DNA of 64,000 nucleotides from an uncultured beta proteobacterium (GTDB lineage Bacteria; Pseudomonadota; Gammaproteobacteria; Burkholderiales; Thiobacillaceae): NCBI GenBank assembly GCA_963782495.1, contig CAWAJU010000005.1, positions 204,260 to 268,259 of the forward strand, read 5' to 3'. Shown piece by piece: positions 62,906 to 64,000 of this stretch (position 1 is its first letter; each line of letters starts with the position of its first letter). The notes under the pieces were generated by a model. It saw only the letters and a program-made list of their open reading frames with translations, ran no database searches and was not told where the DNA came from. The position numbers and the translations under genes were made by a program.

Positions 62906-64000
62906 ATGCCCATCATCCTTCCGCACTGCACTGGCATCGAAGAAATCCCTGCCACCGATACGCTCGGTGCACCGGATCGCCTCGTCCATTTGCATACCCT
63001 GAACGACGCCACCGTCATGATCGTGGACGACGAGCCCATCATGATCGAGGTGCTAAAGGCCTTTCTCGAAGACGCAGGCTACAGCCGCTTTGTAACCAAG
63101 GAGGACTCGACTGAAGCCCTGGAAATGTTGCATACCATGCGCCCGGATATCCTGCTCCTGGATTTGGTGATGCCGGGCAAGACCGGGTTCGAGCTGCTGG
63201 CGGAGATTCGTGCCCATGAGGATTTGCGCTTTCTGCCGGTGATCATGCTGACTGCGGCAAACGATGCGCAAACCAAGCTGGACGCGCTGGAGCTCGGCGC
63301 CACCGATTTTCTGGCCAAGCCGGTGGATTCGAGCGAGTTGCGCCTGCGGCTGCGCAATGCCCTTGCTTTCAAGGCATATCAGGACCAGCTCGCCTATTAC
63401 GATGCGCTTACCGCTCTGCCCAACCGCCAAATGTTCATGCAGCGGCTGGCCTGGACGCTTAAGCTGGCGAAGCGCCATGGCAAGCAGTGCGCGCTCCTGC
63501 AAATAGGGATTGATCGCTTCAAGCAAATCAACGACACCTTGGGACACGAGATCGGTGATGAAGTGCTCAAGGCTGTGGTCGCCCGCCTTGCGCCTATCCT
63601 GCGCGAATCGGACACGCTCAGCCTGGTGGAAGACCTGGAGGAGTCCATCAGCCTGTCACGCCTTGCTGGCGACGAGTTTGTCGTGCTGATGTCGGAAATC
63701 CACGACGCGGAGGACGCCTCCGGTCTCGCACGCAGGCTGTTGAACTGCATGCAGGCCCCGCTGATGATCGAAGGTCACGAACTGTTCGTGACCCTTAGTG
63801 CGGGCATCGCCCTGTTTCCGCAGGATGCGGAGCACTCCGCCGAATTGCTCACCAACGTGGACCTGGCCATGGCTCAGGCCAAACTGCATGGGCGCAACAC
63901 GTATGCATTCTGTTCGCCCGAGACCAACGCGCGCTCCTTTCAGCGCCTGGCACTGGAGACTGCCCTGCGCAAGGCGTTGGAAAAGGGCGAACTGGAACTG
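62906..64000 (+). CDS. Response regulator REC-GGDEF (start of an EAL domain at the window edge), partial
   Basis: Hand-translated open frame from ATG 62906 to the window end. Receiver VMIVDDEPIM...LLDLVMPGKTG. GGDEF domain with an AGDEF active-site variant (RLAGDEFVVL). Ends ...ALRKALEKGELEL, as EAL domains usually begin. Confidence 0.85.
   Translation, partial: MPIILPHCTGIEEIPATDTLGAPDRLVHLHTLNDATVMIVDDEPIMIEVLKAFLEDAGYSRFVTKEDSTEALEMLHTMRPDILLLDLVMPGKTGFELLAEIRAHEDLRFLPVIMLTAANDAQTKLDALELGATDFLAKPVDSSELRLRLRNALAFKAYQDQLAYYDALTALPNRQMFMQRLAWTLKLAKRHGKQCALLQIGIDRFKQINDTLGHEIGDEVLKAVVARLAPILRESDTLSLVEDLEESISLSRLAGDEFVVLMSEIHDAEDASGLARRLLNCMQAPLMIEGHELFVTLSAGIALFPQDAEHSAELLTNVDLAMAQAKLHGRNTYAFCSPETNARSFQRLALETALRKALEKGELEL

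Overview
GC-rich (by eye about 60%) chromosomal segment with betaproteobacterial gene order. It is mostly housekeeping. From left to right:
- exbB-exbD and a TonB-dependent receptor, then uppP.
- thiC with a TPP riboswitch.
- pcm-like, rhodanese and tolC genes, then waaA.
- Sugar epimerase, pteridine reductase, a COG1565 methyltransferase and a conserved hypothetical.
- secA and dciA-like.
- A small accessory islet.
- lpxC and the complete dcw cluster on the minus strand: ftsZ-ftsA-ftsQ-ddl-murB-murC-murG-ftsW-murD-mraY-murF-murE-ftsI-ftsL-rsmH-mraZ.
- RNase P RNA.
- pyrC, rsmI, yraN, SIS/DiaA-like, BON lipoprotein, rfaE2-like, ubiD, dacB.
- A tviC/tviB-like nucleotide-sugar pair, a trypsin-like protease and bioA.
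- A five-gene plus-strand operon that runs off the window.

I recognised no rRNA, tRNA, CRISPR array, transposase or integrase.

Four things stand out:
1. A tightly coupled module at 55225-60816: a GAF-HlyD adaptor, a PqqD-like/M50-protease/HlyD fusion, and a truncated second SecA paralogue. It is followed by a hybrid histidine kinase and a REC-GGDEF(-EAL) regulator. This is my best candidate for an undescribed export or processing machine.
2. A family of 110/111-nt repeat units inserted exactly at two stop/start junctions of the dcw cluster (murC|murB and murE|murF). Each unit is a 37-codon mini-cistron that rebuilds the ATGA stop/start overlap and a GGAGG 7 nt before the next ATG.
3. Three copies of the thiC 3' end (one functional, two decayed). 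They delimit two single-gene cassettes, one TerB-like and one MACPF-like.
4. A MACPF-signature protein fused to a phage tail-collar-like C-terminus.

CDS coordinates follow the supplied ORF track, with starts re-chosen where justified. Non-CDS coordinates were counted by hand and may be off by 1-2 nt.
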